Source: the human T2T-CHM13v2.0 reference genome, Homo sapiens
Reading direction: 5' to 3' (one strand)
Length of the DNA stretch: 64,000 nucleotides
Assembly (NCBI RefSeq): GCF_009914755.1
Contig: NC_060927.1
Position 1 is the stretch's first letter. Each line of letters begins with the position of its first letter. The notes under the pieces were generated by a model, which was given only the letters and a program-made list of their open reading frames with translations, was not told where the DNA came from and did no database searches. Positions 1 through 27,597 of the stretch are shown piece after piece. A program made the translations under genes and the position numbers.

Positions 1-150
1 CGCCACCATGCCTGGCTAATTTTTGTATTTTTAGTAGAGACGGGGTTTCACCATGTTGGCCAGGATGGTCTCGATCTCTTGACCTCATGATCTGCCCGCC
101 TCAGCCTCCCAAAGTGCTGGGATTACAGGCGTGAGCCACCGTGCCAGGCC
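1..150 (-). mobile_element. Alu (partial, at window edge)
   Basis: Antisense Alu left arm ending ...GAGCCACCGTGCCAGGCC. Confidence 0.9.
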
Positions 151-765
151 AAGATTAACTTCTTACCAATAAAAGCAGAAAAACTAAAAAGGTGAAAAAT
201 ATAGCTATAGCCTTAATAGAAGATATGAATGGCTTTGAATAACTGCAGTGTAAGGCTTAAGAAACTTTTAAGTAGTTCAGGATTTTCTGCGTGGTTTGTT
301 TATAATCAACAACATCAAGGAAAATTGGAGTATATGTAAGATCTGAATTTGGACTTAAAACTGACCTGAGACTCTGGTGGTTTTGGCTTACTGGTTTCCT
401 CCATACTTACACAAGATATTGACCATCAGAGGAATGCAAACTATAAGCATATTATCACACTATTAATGAAAGAGGGGAGAATAAGCTGCAATTCAGAACC
501 AGATATTGAGAGTTAAGGGGGACTGAAAAATCCAAAACTAGATTTCCTTGCTTGAACTAACCCTGAAAGAGTTCCCGGCTTTCTCTGAAAGTAACGTTCT
601 CTTTAGAAAGAAATCAATCTACCTTTCATTATAATTTATCAAAACTGCAGGAATCACTAGAAATTGTCCCTGAGCAGTCATCCTAAGGACCATGGGTCAC
701 CATTGCTCCACACTGTCAAAACTAGCCAGACGCTGGTTTGAGGCTGAGAATACTCTGTACAGTAG

Positions 766-1162
<397 letters not shown>

Positions 1163-1684
1163 TTGAATATATTTATTAATTTATACATTATATCAAAGCC
1201 TACTTACATAAGATTCAGATTTAACAATTCTAAGTATAGTGATACCTAATTAGTACCAATAAGAAAGACTGCAATAATTCCCAAAATCCAAGTGGGAAAA
1301 AAAAATGAACTATTAATCCAACAAATATGTACCTCCTACCTAACATACGTAAGTACGTATAAGATACAACTTAGTGCTGTCAAGATACAAGGATGAAAAG
1401 ATGAATCCAAAAAGGGATTAAAGAGTTAATGTAAAGTACTAACACAGTGCCTCACACATACATAAATGCCCAATATTATTATCTTACCCTCAAGGAGCTT
1501 ACTATCTAGCAGACAAGCTAAGATCAGTATATAAGTAACTATAAAGGAAAGAGAACCAGAAGGGACCATAAAAGTTCAGAGGGAGGAGAAATTTCTAACT
1601 AGGGTAATCAGACAATGCCACAGTATTGAGATTCAGTGATGTAGAGAATGCTGGCAGTATTAACACAGGAAACTTGAGAAGTGA

Positions 1685-2137
<453 letters not shown>

Positions 2138-3092
2138 TAATGAAACATTTGTAAGGTGTATAGCCCAGTGCAACACACATACACATACACACACACTCAA
2201 ACAATATATAGTTATAGTGATTTAGAAAACTATGCAGCTACATTAAGAATAAGGGAGACCTAATTATGGTTGAGAAACAAAGGAAAAGGTCTAGCATGAG
2301 AAGATAAAAGACGCTGTAACAATTATGTACTAAAGAAGGTCAGGAAATTTAAAAAAAAAAAGGTAGGATCAACAACAGGGGCAAATGGTGCTAAGTTTAA
2401 GAATACATGTAACTCTTTATCTTATCAAAAGTAAACAAAATTCAATCCTGAGAAATTCTGAGATGAACAGAAGAGACAGTAAGCTCACTCTGGATGGCCC
2501 CCACATTTTCAGTATGAGAACCATGAGGCAAGATTATCTGGATAAAGTAAAGGAAGCAAAGGTAGAATTCAAAGCTTGAGAAGAATGACAGTGACTCAGG
2601 TGATTGCCTGAGATGATCCTCTCAGAGATGAAATCAAAGGCAGAAAAAGACAACAACATAAGGAAAATAATTATGCATAATCCTATGTTTCAAAGTGACA
2701 AATTTCTCCCACTGATAACAACTTTAAACAAAATAGTATACTGCTTTTTTAAAAGCTTTAAAAATTATCCCACTGAAGTATATTAAATAAACTACAGGCA
2801 AATCTTTTTTTAAAGATAGAAGGTTTTATCAATATAAGGAGAGACCAGTGCTTAAAGATGATAATCAAATGTAATTTGATTTTAAAAAACCTATTATATT
2901 GTTACAATTTATTTTATCTTTTGGGCTTTTTTGTCTCTTTTCAAGCTACACATTAAGATTAAGTTTATAAAATTCACATTTTAAAATGTTTTAAAGGTGT
3001 CACTCCTGTTCAAGTCATGAACATCCTTTGTTTTGCTCTGTCTGCTAAGAAAATGAATAATACAACTATTTTCAACAAAAGTTTTATCCCAC

Positions 3093-3339
3093 CTGGTGCT
3101 ATTAACTGGTGAATACTTGATGTCCGGGTGACAGCTGTGCTTCGTGATTCCAGGCTTGGGCTCTCTCCTTTCTTATTACTTTCTGGAGAAGGATCTCGTT
3201 GGCTGATTTTAGAACTGGTCACTGTTGTTTTGTTATGACAAATTGTCAATGACTGAGTTTGACTAGTGCTTTTTGGTGGACCATTCTGTGAGCTAGATAA
3301 TACACCCAACTTCTGGCTGCGTAATGTTAAATTCTGAAC
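3093..3339 (-). CDS. PHC3: PHC3 coding exon 7 (VQNLTLRSQKLGVLSSSQNG...TRTSSIHQLIAP)
   Basis: Acceptor ggttcttag, donor CAG|gtggga; 247 nt, phase 0/1; overlaps ORF 3010..3309. Confidence 0.95.
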
Positions 3340-3548
3340 CTAAGAACCACATAACAGAAAATTAGGATGAAAACAGATGGTTTTAATTGATGTGGTCATC
3401 ATTACCATTATGACAATACTGACAACACATTTATATTATGCTTTTCATACGTAAAGCTCCAAGCACTTGAAAGAACTGATTAATCCTTAAGGAAAGGAGA
3501 GTTATTATTCTAAGTAATCACATCTTAAATATTAAGTGGCAATTTTTT

Positions 3549-3646
3549 AAAAGACACAAGAGAAAAGAAAAGAGGGAGGGAGAGAAAAAAAAGAAAGGAA
3601 GAGAGGGAAGAAGAAAGGGGGAGGGAAGGGGAGGAGAAGGGAAGGA
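3549..3646. repeat. GA-rich low-complexity polypurine tract
   Basis: About 95 nt that are almost entirely A/G on the + strand. Confidence 0.85.
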
Positions 3647-4320
3647 TCATAAAGAACTAAATAAAAGCAGTATGTATATATATATACAGACAGTGTGTGT
3701 ATTATATATGTATGAACTGTGAATATGAGGAAATTACTCTGCAACATACTGCATTTAAAAGTTACCAGTTCTAGCTATAGAGATTAAGGGGACATTAACC
3801 TTGTAAGAAAATTAATTCATCAAATCATCTGCCCCATTGTGAAAATTATGAAAAGCATTTTCAAGCAACTCTTTTAATTTAGTAAAATTTTGGTGGTGGT
3901 GTTATTGAACATTCACTGCCTTTGAAAACTACATCTCATGAACTGAAAAGACTCTGCATGACCCTGAAATGGCTTTCTATGGTGGCTCCTGCTACACTCA
4001 GGGCTATATGAAACATACTGCCAGTCTGGATGGTAGCAAGGATTATCCCAATTAATCTCAGCTGAGATTTATAACCTTTCCAAACAGCAAGATGCAAGAC
4101 AGAAAAATGCTGCTCCAAAAGTTGCTGAACTTCTTGCCTATCTAGAATGAATGTATCAAATATATGCAGGCTAGCACTGGCCCTGGGAGAGAAACTGAAA
4201 TAAAAGAGACTCCGAAGTGATCAAGCAAATGATATACTGCTGCTTTATAAAAACATTCTTCAGTTTCATGTGTGTTCCGTCTCTACATCATTAACTGATG
4301 CTCAAAAGCTATACCTTCTC

Positions 4321-5462
<1,142 letters not shown>

Positions 5463-6812
5463 TCAAGCCCCCAGTTTCTAGTCCTCCAGCCTACAGTTCT
5501 CATATTCCACCCAAACTGTTCTGCTCACTATTCCCCAAATATACCTTCCACTTCCTTCATTTGGAGCTCTTATTCAAGCACTTCTTGACTAAATGCCATC
5601 TTTTCTCAAAGCTGTCTTTTGAAGCCAAACCCATTCTTCCAAGCCCAGTAAAATCCCTCTTTCCCTACTTAAGAAACATTCTGAAAGTCCCTGGTTAGAA
5701 AAGAGTTTCTTCCTTCTAGAACAACTTTCCCATAGCATTTGGGTCATTACTGGCCTATAGCACAGATGAATATCTAACTTGTTTTAGAATTACTAAATGT
5801 ATGTTTGTCTGTGAAATACTGAGACTCGCTAGTAGACTCTCATCTCAACATTCATTTTTATACTCCCTGCAGTTCGGTGCTGCAGACTTAATAGATGAGG
5901 TATTCTCCTATATATGATTTTGAAATATATATTACATGGCTAATTTTTTGGTAAGCACTTAGTTCTCTTCATCGTGTTCTTAGGCTAACATTAAAATCTG
6001 TTCATGTTTACCAAAAACATCAACAAGTATCTAGAAGAGGCACATTAAAATCTTCCAGGAAGCAAGAGAAAGACAATATAAAATTTAACATTTGACACAA
6101 ATGATCTATAAAGTAGACTGCATAGTAATGATAACCAAAGGGTAATAATCTGAAAAACCTGAAATGAAAAGTATATTCACAGTAAACAAGGATTTGACAC
6201 AATGAACCCGAAACCTGCAGCATATCCATTTCTATAGAATAATACTCCTTTTGTTTTTAATTTTCCTTTTCTGGAATTCTGAAGGAAAATGTTTATATAC
6301 TTACATACACTATGTTGTATATATATTATTTATGTGAACATATATATTTTAGAATATGGTTAAAATATCTATGATCATTTTGACTTAAACATTGACATGG
6401 TTTAAATAAATTCCAAACATGAACGCTACACTGCCAAAGTATATTACAAAGTTAATTTAGCTGTTAGTGAAAAGATAACATATACGGATTTCCTTGACAG
6501 AGCCTCCCTTTTGAAAGAAAACCCATCCTTTCTAAGAAGAAGAATATTAGGGCACTCTGGTGTCCCACATTCATTTCATCTGAACCTTTCCTTTGATCAA
6601 GTTATGAAAACTTTCTGGCTTTTGAAAAAGTCTACATTTTGCCTGAGTTATTTTTGCTAATTTCACATCTCACACTGTTATAGAGGGCTTCCCTGCCAAA
6701 ATACTCTCACATCAATTATTTAACTGGAATCTAACAAATACTATGGCAATTATCATAGTATCCCTAAGAGTGAGGGTCACATTGCTGACAGTAGAGCTGA
6801 GTTTTTAGCTTT

Positions 6813-6917
6813 TAAATCCAAAGGGTTGTTTTTTTCCTCAATTCTAAGAGTATTCCCCAGATAGCCTTACTGGGGAATACTCTTAGAATTGAGGAAAAAA
6901 ACAGCCCTTTGGATTTA
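6813..6917. repeat. Near-perfect inverted repeat: 48-bp arms (47/48), 9-nt loop
   Basis: 6813-6860 is the reverse complement of 6870-6917 except for one position. Confidence 0.97.
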
Positions 6918-6929
6918 CTGGGTCAGATT

Positions 6930-8576
<1,647 letters not shown>

Positions 8577-9565
8577 TGTAAATTCTTTAAGTGGTTGCTT
8601 TTCTCCCTTCACTATTAGTTACCTGAAAGCTAAGAACCAACTTTGTGACTTATCTTCAGACAATGCATAACAAAAATAGTAGTTAGCAGCTTGTGATATC
8701 TTATGTGGAGGCACTATGTTAAGTACTTTTTGTTTCATTTATTCCTTATAACAATGCTGAGCTGCAAGTAACGGCTCCGAGAATAGAGCTGAGTTGTTTT
8801 AAGGAATAAATGAAACAATTCAGTAAATGAAACATTTAGTAAATGCTATCAGACACTTCTATTTTAATTTATTAACATATTTAATCCTCATAGCAACCTT
8901 TTGAAATATATTATAAATGTTATTTTATTTTATATAATTGAAACTGAGGTGAGAGGTTAAGGACTTATAATAATAAAATGGTAGAGCAAGTATTTGAACT
9001 CAGAGATTCCGGCTCCAAAGTCCGTATTATAAACACTATGCTATACTATGAATTTGACCAAAATCAATCTGCTGGCAAATGTTGTTGCTGAAATCAGAAT
9101 TTGAATCCAAGTCTTCCTATCCCTGACTTTTGCAAAAAAAAAAAAGTACTATTTACTGAGTGCCTGTAAATGTTTTATACACTAAAGATACATATTACTC
9201 ATCCTTTTACCCTACAAATATGAATGAATATTAGAGATGTTTGGCAACTTGTCCAAGTCATACAATAAATGACTGAAGTAGGAGCTTAAGTCCACACAGA
9301 ACTTCATACATGTAAACTGAGCAGCAACTTCACGCCTAGCTCCATGCCACTTTCCTAGTTTTATTTGTGTCTTTTTTCTTACATGGTTCCAACTTACTTT
9401 CTGATATTTTACTGTATGCACCTTGTAAATGAATTAAAATCTTAGTTGGAACAAAGCCAAATATAAATGAAAAAATAAAATTTAAAATGTTCTGGAAGTT
9501 GATGATGGTCTAGCTCTATTAGGTTTCATAAAACTAAAACAAAAAAAAAGAAGATCATTATTTCA

Positions 9566-11682
<2,117 letters not shown>

Positions 11683-12096
11683 ATTTTTTAAATTTTAAAT
11701 GTGTCTAGTTTAATTCACTTTCAAACTTAAAATCCATCTTGACTTAGTTATTACATAAGGAATACTGCAAAGGAATCTAAGCAAAAGAATATATCTCACA
11801 TGAGAAATAAATCTGCTTTATGAGAAAACTAAACATAGAAAGCCATTAACAAAAACTCTCATTAACCTTGACCAACCAATGTCAAATAACCTAAATATCT
11901 GTGTTTAATGGTATTATAATTTTTATAGAACAAAAAACATTTTCTTGAAGTTCTCATTGTATTTTATTAAATTTCAATCTGAAATGCATGACAAAGAGCA
12001 CTGAAACCATCAGTAACTTAAACACAAATGCAATGCTTAACTTTAACCTGAAGATCCAGATCTCAAGTAACACATTATGAAGCTAGACAAGCTCAC

Positions 12097-12195
12097 CTGA
12101 GTAGCTGCAGACTGACAGGAAGATGACGATGACGACGAGACAACAGGAATGTCAGACTGTACAGCAGCCACAGTGGTAGCGGGTGTGAAAATCAG
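12097..12195 (-). CDS. PHC3: PHC3 coding exon 6 (LIFTPATTVAAVQSDIPVVSSSSSSSCQSAATQ)
   Basis: Acceptor tttctgtctgtacag, donor CAG|gtgagc; 99 nt, phase 0/0; within ORF 12043..12252. Confidence 0.96.
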
Positions 12196-12765
12196 CTGTA
12201 CAGACAGAAAACCAAAAAAATACCCTAAGACAAAAGAACATGTCCCACACACAATGTGTAGCAGGCAAGAGAGACTGAAATTTGTGACAGAAAGACAATG
12301 CAGTTTAGGATTATCTCCTCAGCAAAAGGTTCTACATGACAAAGAGAAGTTTCTGATAATAGAGAACTCAAAAAAAATCATAAACATTTTTGAAACAGCT
12401 CATGATTCTGATGAGTGCAAAAAAAAGCAGTACTCAAAAAAGAAAATATATTTTGGTGATATGAAATTCTCAGACCAAATTGTGTCTCAAATAAGCTATT
12501 ATAGTTAAATTTTTCCTAGCTCAGAACTACTGTGGCAGGATTCCTAAAATGGGAAGTAAACAACTAGTCACTATTTTGGGACACAAATTAAATTTCAGTG
12601 AGAAACAAAAAGAAACACCAAAAAAGTCTTTTCAGTCCTCTTTATCATAAGGATAACTATGCCACATACTACACTCCAATATTTCACTTAGCTACAAAGG
12701 ATCTAAAGGACAAATCCAGGTTGCCCTTTCATTTTAAAACTATTTGTAAAGAAATATTCATTCTA

Positions 12766-14980
<2,215 letters not shown>

Positions 14981-15759
14981 ACTGGAGATCCAGATATATA
15001 TTCAGTCCACTGGACAAAAAAGAATATAAATATATATTAGGGACAATGCTTTTGTCTAGCTTCTTGTAAAGACATCAAATAAAATACATGTCAACCAATT
15101 TCTATATTCCTTAAAGAAGCTCAACAATTAAATTAGAAAATCTGTAGATACTCAAATACAGAATAACCAAATTAACATTCCTATATTCATAAAATATCAA
15201 AATGAACACAAGAACACAAATAACCTTGCAGAATTTGAGATGGGAAAAACCAAAGTTAAGAATCATCTGGGAGACTATCCGGAACTCCAATATAGAATTC
15301 AGAAAATCCTAGGATACAAATTATAACTTTAACAACAAAGTTTTTTTAACATCTCTATTTCACCAAATCTAAGTTGACAAAAACAGGCAATGATTTTATG
15401 GACCACTGTAAGTACCAAGATGCCATCAGTTATAAAATGCATCCAAATTTCACAGATATTAAAATATGAAAAAAAGGTTTTCAATGAATTTGATATTAAA
15501 AAATAATCACTCTTACGTTACTGAATCTCTATTAGCTTCTCAATGTAATAATTACTATTTGATACCAAGAAGACCTATTAATTAAAAGTAGAATCTTTCA
15601 TGACATAAATGTACAAGAGCTGAAGGCACGCCCGCATGCACACACACACAATTAAACATTTCTTAAATATTAAAAATACCTCTTATTGTATCAAATCAAG
15701 AAACATTTTGATCTCTCAAGTCCTTAAACACTGAAAAAATTTGGTAGCTCATATCTTAC

Positions 15760-15918
15760 CATTTGAGCTCGGAGATACATTTGAGCTTGGCTTGCCGTTA
15801 GGGTAGGGGAAGTACTCCCTAGTAACATAGTCTGTTGGGTAATACTGCCGCTGGTAGAACTGGAAGCCTGGGAACGGCTTATTAACTGTGCAGGTGTAGG
15901 AGAAGTGGAGAGGTTGAT
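15760..15918 (-). CDS. PHC3: PHC3 coding exon 5 (INLSTSPTPAQLISRSQASSSTSGSITQQTMLLGSTSPTLTASQAQMYLRAQM)
   Basis: Acceptor ttttcttccttag, donor ATG|gtaaga; 159 nt, phase 0/0; contains the ASQAQMYLR motif shared among PHC paralogues. Confidence 0.96.
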
Positions 15919-16518
15919 CTAAGGAAGAAAACATATTAGGTCATAGGCTTCCATTTCTTGCTTCCATGTTACTGAATTTCACACCGAGCTGCAGTTAGGC
16001 AATCAATGGTATAAACTGTGGCTAAGGAACCCAAAGGAGAAGCCTTTATCTTTGACAGACCCCCTCATTTCTTTGGGCAGTTATTTGCACATATGCAAAC
16101 AATGGCATGGATTGGTTAGTAATCAGGGCAATTTTTTTTTTTTTAAGATGGGAGTTTCGCTCTTGTTGCCCAGACTGGAGTGCAAGTGCGCGATTTTGGC
16201 TCACTGCAACCTCCGCCTCCTGGGTTCAAGTGATTCTCCTGCCTAAGCCTCCCAAGTAGCTGGGATTACAGGCATACGCCACCACGCCCGGCTAATTTTG
16301 TATATTTTTATTAGAGACGGGGTTTCTCCATGTTGGTCAGGCTGGTCTCAAACTCCTGACCTTAGGTTATCCACCCACCTCGGCCTCCCAAAGTGCTAGG
16401 ATTACAGGCATGAGCCACTGCACCCGGCCACAGTTTTTAAGGATAGCTACAACGTGTTTCAATAAGATTTCTAGTATCTTAAAATATCATTTCCACTACC
16501 TCCTAAAAATTAGGGCCA

Positions 16519-16626
16519 GTGCTCACTTCCGCAGCACATATACTAAAACTGGAACAATACAGAGAAGATTAGCATGGCTCCTGCCCAAAAATGACATTCA
16601 AATTCATGAAGCTTTCCATTAGTTTT
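16519..16626 (+). pseudogene. Full-length U6 snRNA retropseudogene
   Basis: GTGCTCACTTCCGCAGCACATATACTAAAACTGGAACAATACAGAGAAGATTAGCATGG...GAAGCTTTCCAT aligns end to end with U6, with about 12 substitutions (many at CpG); ACAGAGA box intact; I see no upstream PSE/TATA. Confidence 0.95.
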
Positions 16627-16796
16627 AATAGGGGATTTTGTATGTTCTCAACACTAAGAAATGATCAATGATTTGAGATGATGGATATGCCAGTTACTCT
16701 GATTTGATCACTATACATGATATACATGTATTCAAATATCACCCTGTATCCCATAAATATGTATAGTTATTATGTGTCAGTTAAAAATTAAAAAAG
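16627..16796 (+). mobile_element. LINE-1 3' terminal fragment (L1MA-like) fused to the U6 copy
   Basis: ...AAGAAATGATCAATGATTTGAGATGATGGATATGC...GATTTGATCACTATACA...CTGTATCCCATAAATATGTA...TATGTGTCAGTTAAAAA resembles old L1MA 3' UTR ends and finishes in an A-rich tail. Confidence 0.8.
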
Positions 16797-17181
16797 AGCT
16801 ACTGTTTCATTTTAATATTCCACATAACTTAAAACATCCTAATCAACAGTTTATTCTGTCACATTCTGAGGAGTTTGTGAACAAAAATTAAAACACAGAT
16901 AATGCATTCACATATATAAAGACATACATGTAACACATAACCAGTGTAAAGCTGTAGTCAAAAGCTCTCAAGCAAAAGAAAATACTACTTCTCAAACAGA
17001 TGGAAAAATCCTGAATATCAGCTACAAAATTAAATTATAAACACTAAAGTTTAAAACTTCTGTTAAAGAATAAACTAGAGCATTGTTGGCCGGGCGCAGT
17101 GGCTCACGCCTGTAATTCCAGCACTTTGGGAGGCCGAGGCGGGCGGATCACAAGGTCAGGAGATCGAGACCATCCTGGCTA

Positions 17182-17433
<252 letters not shown>

Positions 17434-17778
17434 TTAACCTCTAGAAGGATGCGTAAGAAACTGGTAACTGGTTGTATCTATAAAGAGACATTGGAGTGGG
17501 GTGGCTAGGGTAATAGGGAAAAGAAAAAGCATACTCTTTTTTTTATCTTTCTAATTTTAGACCACATGTATATATTACCCATTTTAAAAATAAATAATAT
17601 TTTTGTCCGGGTGAGGTGGCTCCAGCCTATAATCCCAGCACTTTGGGAGGCTGAGGTGGGCGGATCGCAAGGTCAGGAGTTTGAGACCAGCCTGACCAAC
17701 ATGGTGAAATCCCATTTCTACTAAAAATACAAAAATTAGCCAGGTGTGATGGCACGCGCCTGTAATCCCAGCTACTCA

Positions 17779-17889
<111 letters not shown>

Positions 17890-18802
17890 CTAGTAATAAT
17901 AATAATAATATTTTTAAACAGAGAATAATATAATCCAACCTCAAATCATTTTGTGGAACAAAGCACAGAATACAATTAATAAATATTTTATTAGAAAAAA
18001 GAATACTTTATTGGACTTCTTATTCAAGCAACAAGGCAGACTGGACTAATACATCCATGTGACCAAACGGTATCACTGAAATGCTAGATCAACATGAAAA
18101 AATCAGAATATACAGCAGAACTCCAAAAGGGAGAGAAAAGCTGGGAAAGGAAATTCCTGGTGCCAGAAAGGAAGAAACTCAAAGCCAGAGAGATGTCACC
18201 TCAGCTGACACCAAGGCAGTCTATAAGGGTATCTTGGTTCTATAGAGCCAGAAGATCCATCTTTGTGCTTATTTCAGGGGAGGGCTACAAGTCAAATCCC
18301 TATTTTGAGCCAAAATCCTGAAAAGAGCTGCCCAATATGTAAGAAGGAGCTGGAAAAGCTCCACCCATACGTTCTGAGAAACAGCAAAGAAGCTTGCATC
18401 TGCCCTGCTCCTAGTGGAGGCAGGGAAGGAGGTACCTATGAGAATCAAAACTCCAGGCTTACACCAGGTAGGGGTATAGAATCCACATCCACACTCCCTG
18501 TACGGTTCCATAACCCAGCCCAAGACATTAACATCTGAACTAACCCAGGACACTTGTTAAACTGAATGGTGACTGGAGGAAGCTGAGTGAAGTTTATATA
18601 GGAGGACCTCTCTGTACTAGTTTTGCAACTTCCTATGATTTATAGGAATTTAATTTATAATTATTTTAAAATAAAAAAGTTTAAAAAACTGTATAGTAGG
18701 CACATGACAGTTGGTTATCTAATTCTCTAAATGTATATATATCACATATTTTTATTTTAATATAATAGTTAAATGTATAAATCAATGCATAAATACCACT
18801 AA

Positions 18803-19171
<369 letters not shown>

Positions 19172-19501
19172 TAGATCCTATTCCTAACACATCACTGAAA
19201 TCACCTTAACAATAGTCACCAACATCTAACTGACAAAATCAGTGGAATCTTTTCAGACCATTCCCTCTCAGTCTTCTTTACCAGCTCTTCTTTTGCACCC
19301 ACTCCCAAAATGTTCATGCTCTGTCTTTGACACTTTTCTTCTTTTTTTTTTTGAGACAGGGTCTCCCTCTGTCACCCAGGCTGGGGTGCAGTGGAGTGAT
19401 CATGGCTCACTGCAGCCCCAATTTCCTAGACTCAGATGATCCTTCCACCTCAGCCTCCTGAGTAGCTGGGACTACAGGCATGCATCACCACACCCGGCTA
19501 A

Positions 19502-19648
<147 letters not shown>

Positions 19649-20052
19649 TGAATTCCTAGATTATCATATCTACTTCCACGGTTTCAAACAATTCAATCCT
19701 GATGACTCTTGATTCTTAACTATAAACCCTTTTTTGAAGTTCCAGATCCAAATACCTACAGAACACATCTTTCTGGGTATCCTTTACCAGCTCAAATTCA
19801 GCATGTTCAAACAGCAAACTAATTATTCCTTTTAAAACAGCTTCTCCTCAAATGGCACTGGCATTTTCTAAAATTCTCCAAGACACAGTATCTGGAAGTC
19901 ATCCTGATGCTTCCCTCTCCTTTACCACACACACAAAATCAGTCACGTATCTTGTTTCTAATACATCTTTTTGTCTCCTAATTTCCATTTTGATTTTTCA
20001 TCACTTAGTTTGAGACTTTGGGCCCATGTCATTTCTGGCTTGATTACTTTAA

Positions 20053-20558
<506 letters not shown>

Positions 20559-22084
20559 TCATGATCTCAGTCCTCTATGGCACTGGCGATGATATTCCTG
20601 ACTAGATTGAGCATCCTTGCCACCGCCATGTCCCAGCCCATCTGCAGCTACATAGTGAACAACTTCTCAAAAATCACCTGCTCTAATAAGCTTTTTCAGG
20701 CATTCCCATATCCCAAAGCAGAACTGACTATTCCCCCTCTTTGTTGCCTAATTGTTACCGTCCATATACTTTTAGCATATATTTCTATCTCATCCTTCTA
20801 AATAATAATTTCTTTAAGGGTGGGGGCCATGTGTTATTCATCTTCATATATCCAGTATCTACGAAAGGTCTTCATTCAATAAGCTTATTAAGTTAATTAA
20901 TGTCATGTTATTTTAAGGCATATTTCATATTTTAAGGCATATTCATGCAATATTTAAGCTTTGCTCCAGAGATTAAATTACCAACAGGGAAGAACTGGAC
21001 CCAAGTTTTTCTGACTCATGTATTTTGGCATTCGGGGTACTTTTTTAATATCCTGATAGCTCTCTAGTTCAGGTTACTCTGCAGTAATAATGCCTTAGAA
21101 CTTTTTTTTCAGTTGGTGATTCTTTCAAAAAACAGTAAGAAAGAAATGTACTCTTAGTAAGGATATTTACACATTCTCTAAAGAAAAATGTAATAAAAGT
21201 CTTCTTTAAAAAATGATTGGCTGATAGCTAACAAGCTGGAGAATGCTTTTTAAGGAAGTATAGTACAAAGTACAAACAGAATGCTTTTATTTTTCTTAAA
21301 AAAGAAAAGAGGAAGTGAAGACAACTAGCAACGCCCTAACCACCTGTATTCTACTCTAAGTTGTGAGATCAAAGAACAAGTGTTGTGTTTACTTTTAAGT
21401 TCCATATAACAAGTAATATTTCAAAAGCAGCTATCTACTAATAACACCCAACTCATGAAGGCCAACAGATCAGTAGCCACCTCTGCAAGAAGTCCATCTC
21501 CCTAGCTAGCCTAACTAAAAAACTGTCCTTCCTTTCCACAACTGATAAGGCTCTCCTTTTTCCTGTGTTGCTCTGCTGACCTAAACCAGATGTCTTTACC
21601 AGTTTCCATTAATTTCTCTGTCAGTTCCATCCCAACACTCCTAATTCCCTTTCACTGAAGACCCTGACCAATCCTGTCACTTCATATCTCAAGTCACACT
21701 CCACAAAGAAACTCACTTATTGAGCCCGATTACTGCAAGCTGTCTCCCCACTGACGCTAATTCTAGGAGTCACCAGAAAGAAACAAGTCTGCCAGAAAAA
21801 GCCACTTAACTCCCAACTACCTGTTAATGTCCTCAAAAGGAGTTTCCAACCGATTACTACCCATAGCCAAAGTCCATTTGAGAGTTGCCTCTACCGTTTC
21901 ACTGATCAGAATCAATCAGGTATACCCTAAATAGAGAAACATTTCACATTAAAAGAATGATGTATCTGTATTCAGTGGCATTAAAAGATTTTTGTGTCCA
22001 CTGCTGAGTAAAAAGGCAGCAAAACAACATGTAGAGTATCATTCATATAGGTACATACAAATGTCTGTGTGTGTATATGTATCA

Positions 22085-27597
<5,513 letters not shown>

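Noticed and set aside
411-440. Possible 30-nt in-frame exon (atgcttatag|...|gtaagt) in intron 7
   Set aside because: The acceptor lacks a polypyrimidine tract and the exonic side of the donor is poor; most likely chance.
3549-3646. Long pyrimidine tract on the pre-mRNA as a distant branch point for exon 7
   Set aside because: Many AG dinucleotides lie between the tract and the exon 7 acceptor, so there is no AG-exclusion zone; treated as low-complexity DNA.
12149-12508. 119-aa plus-strand ORF antisense to exon 6
   Set aside because: Lys-rich product from A-rich sequence, no recognisable homology, no promoter or splice support.
16519-16626. Functional U6 snRNA gene
   Set aside because: About 12 substitutions, no recognisable upstream Pol III type 3 promoter, and fusion to an L1 tail indicate a retrocopy.
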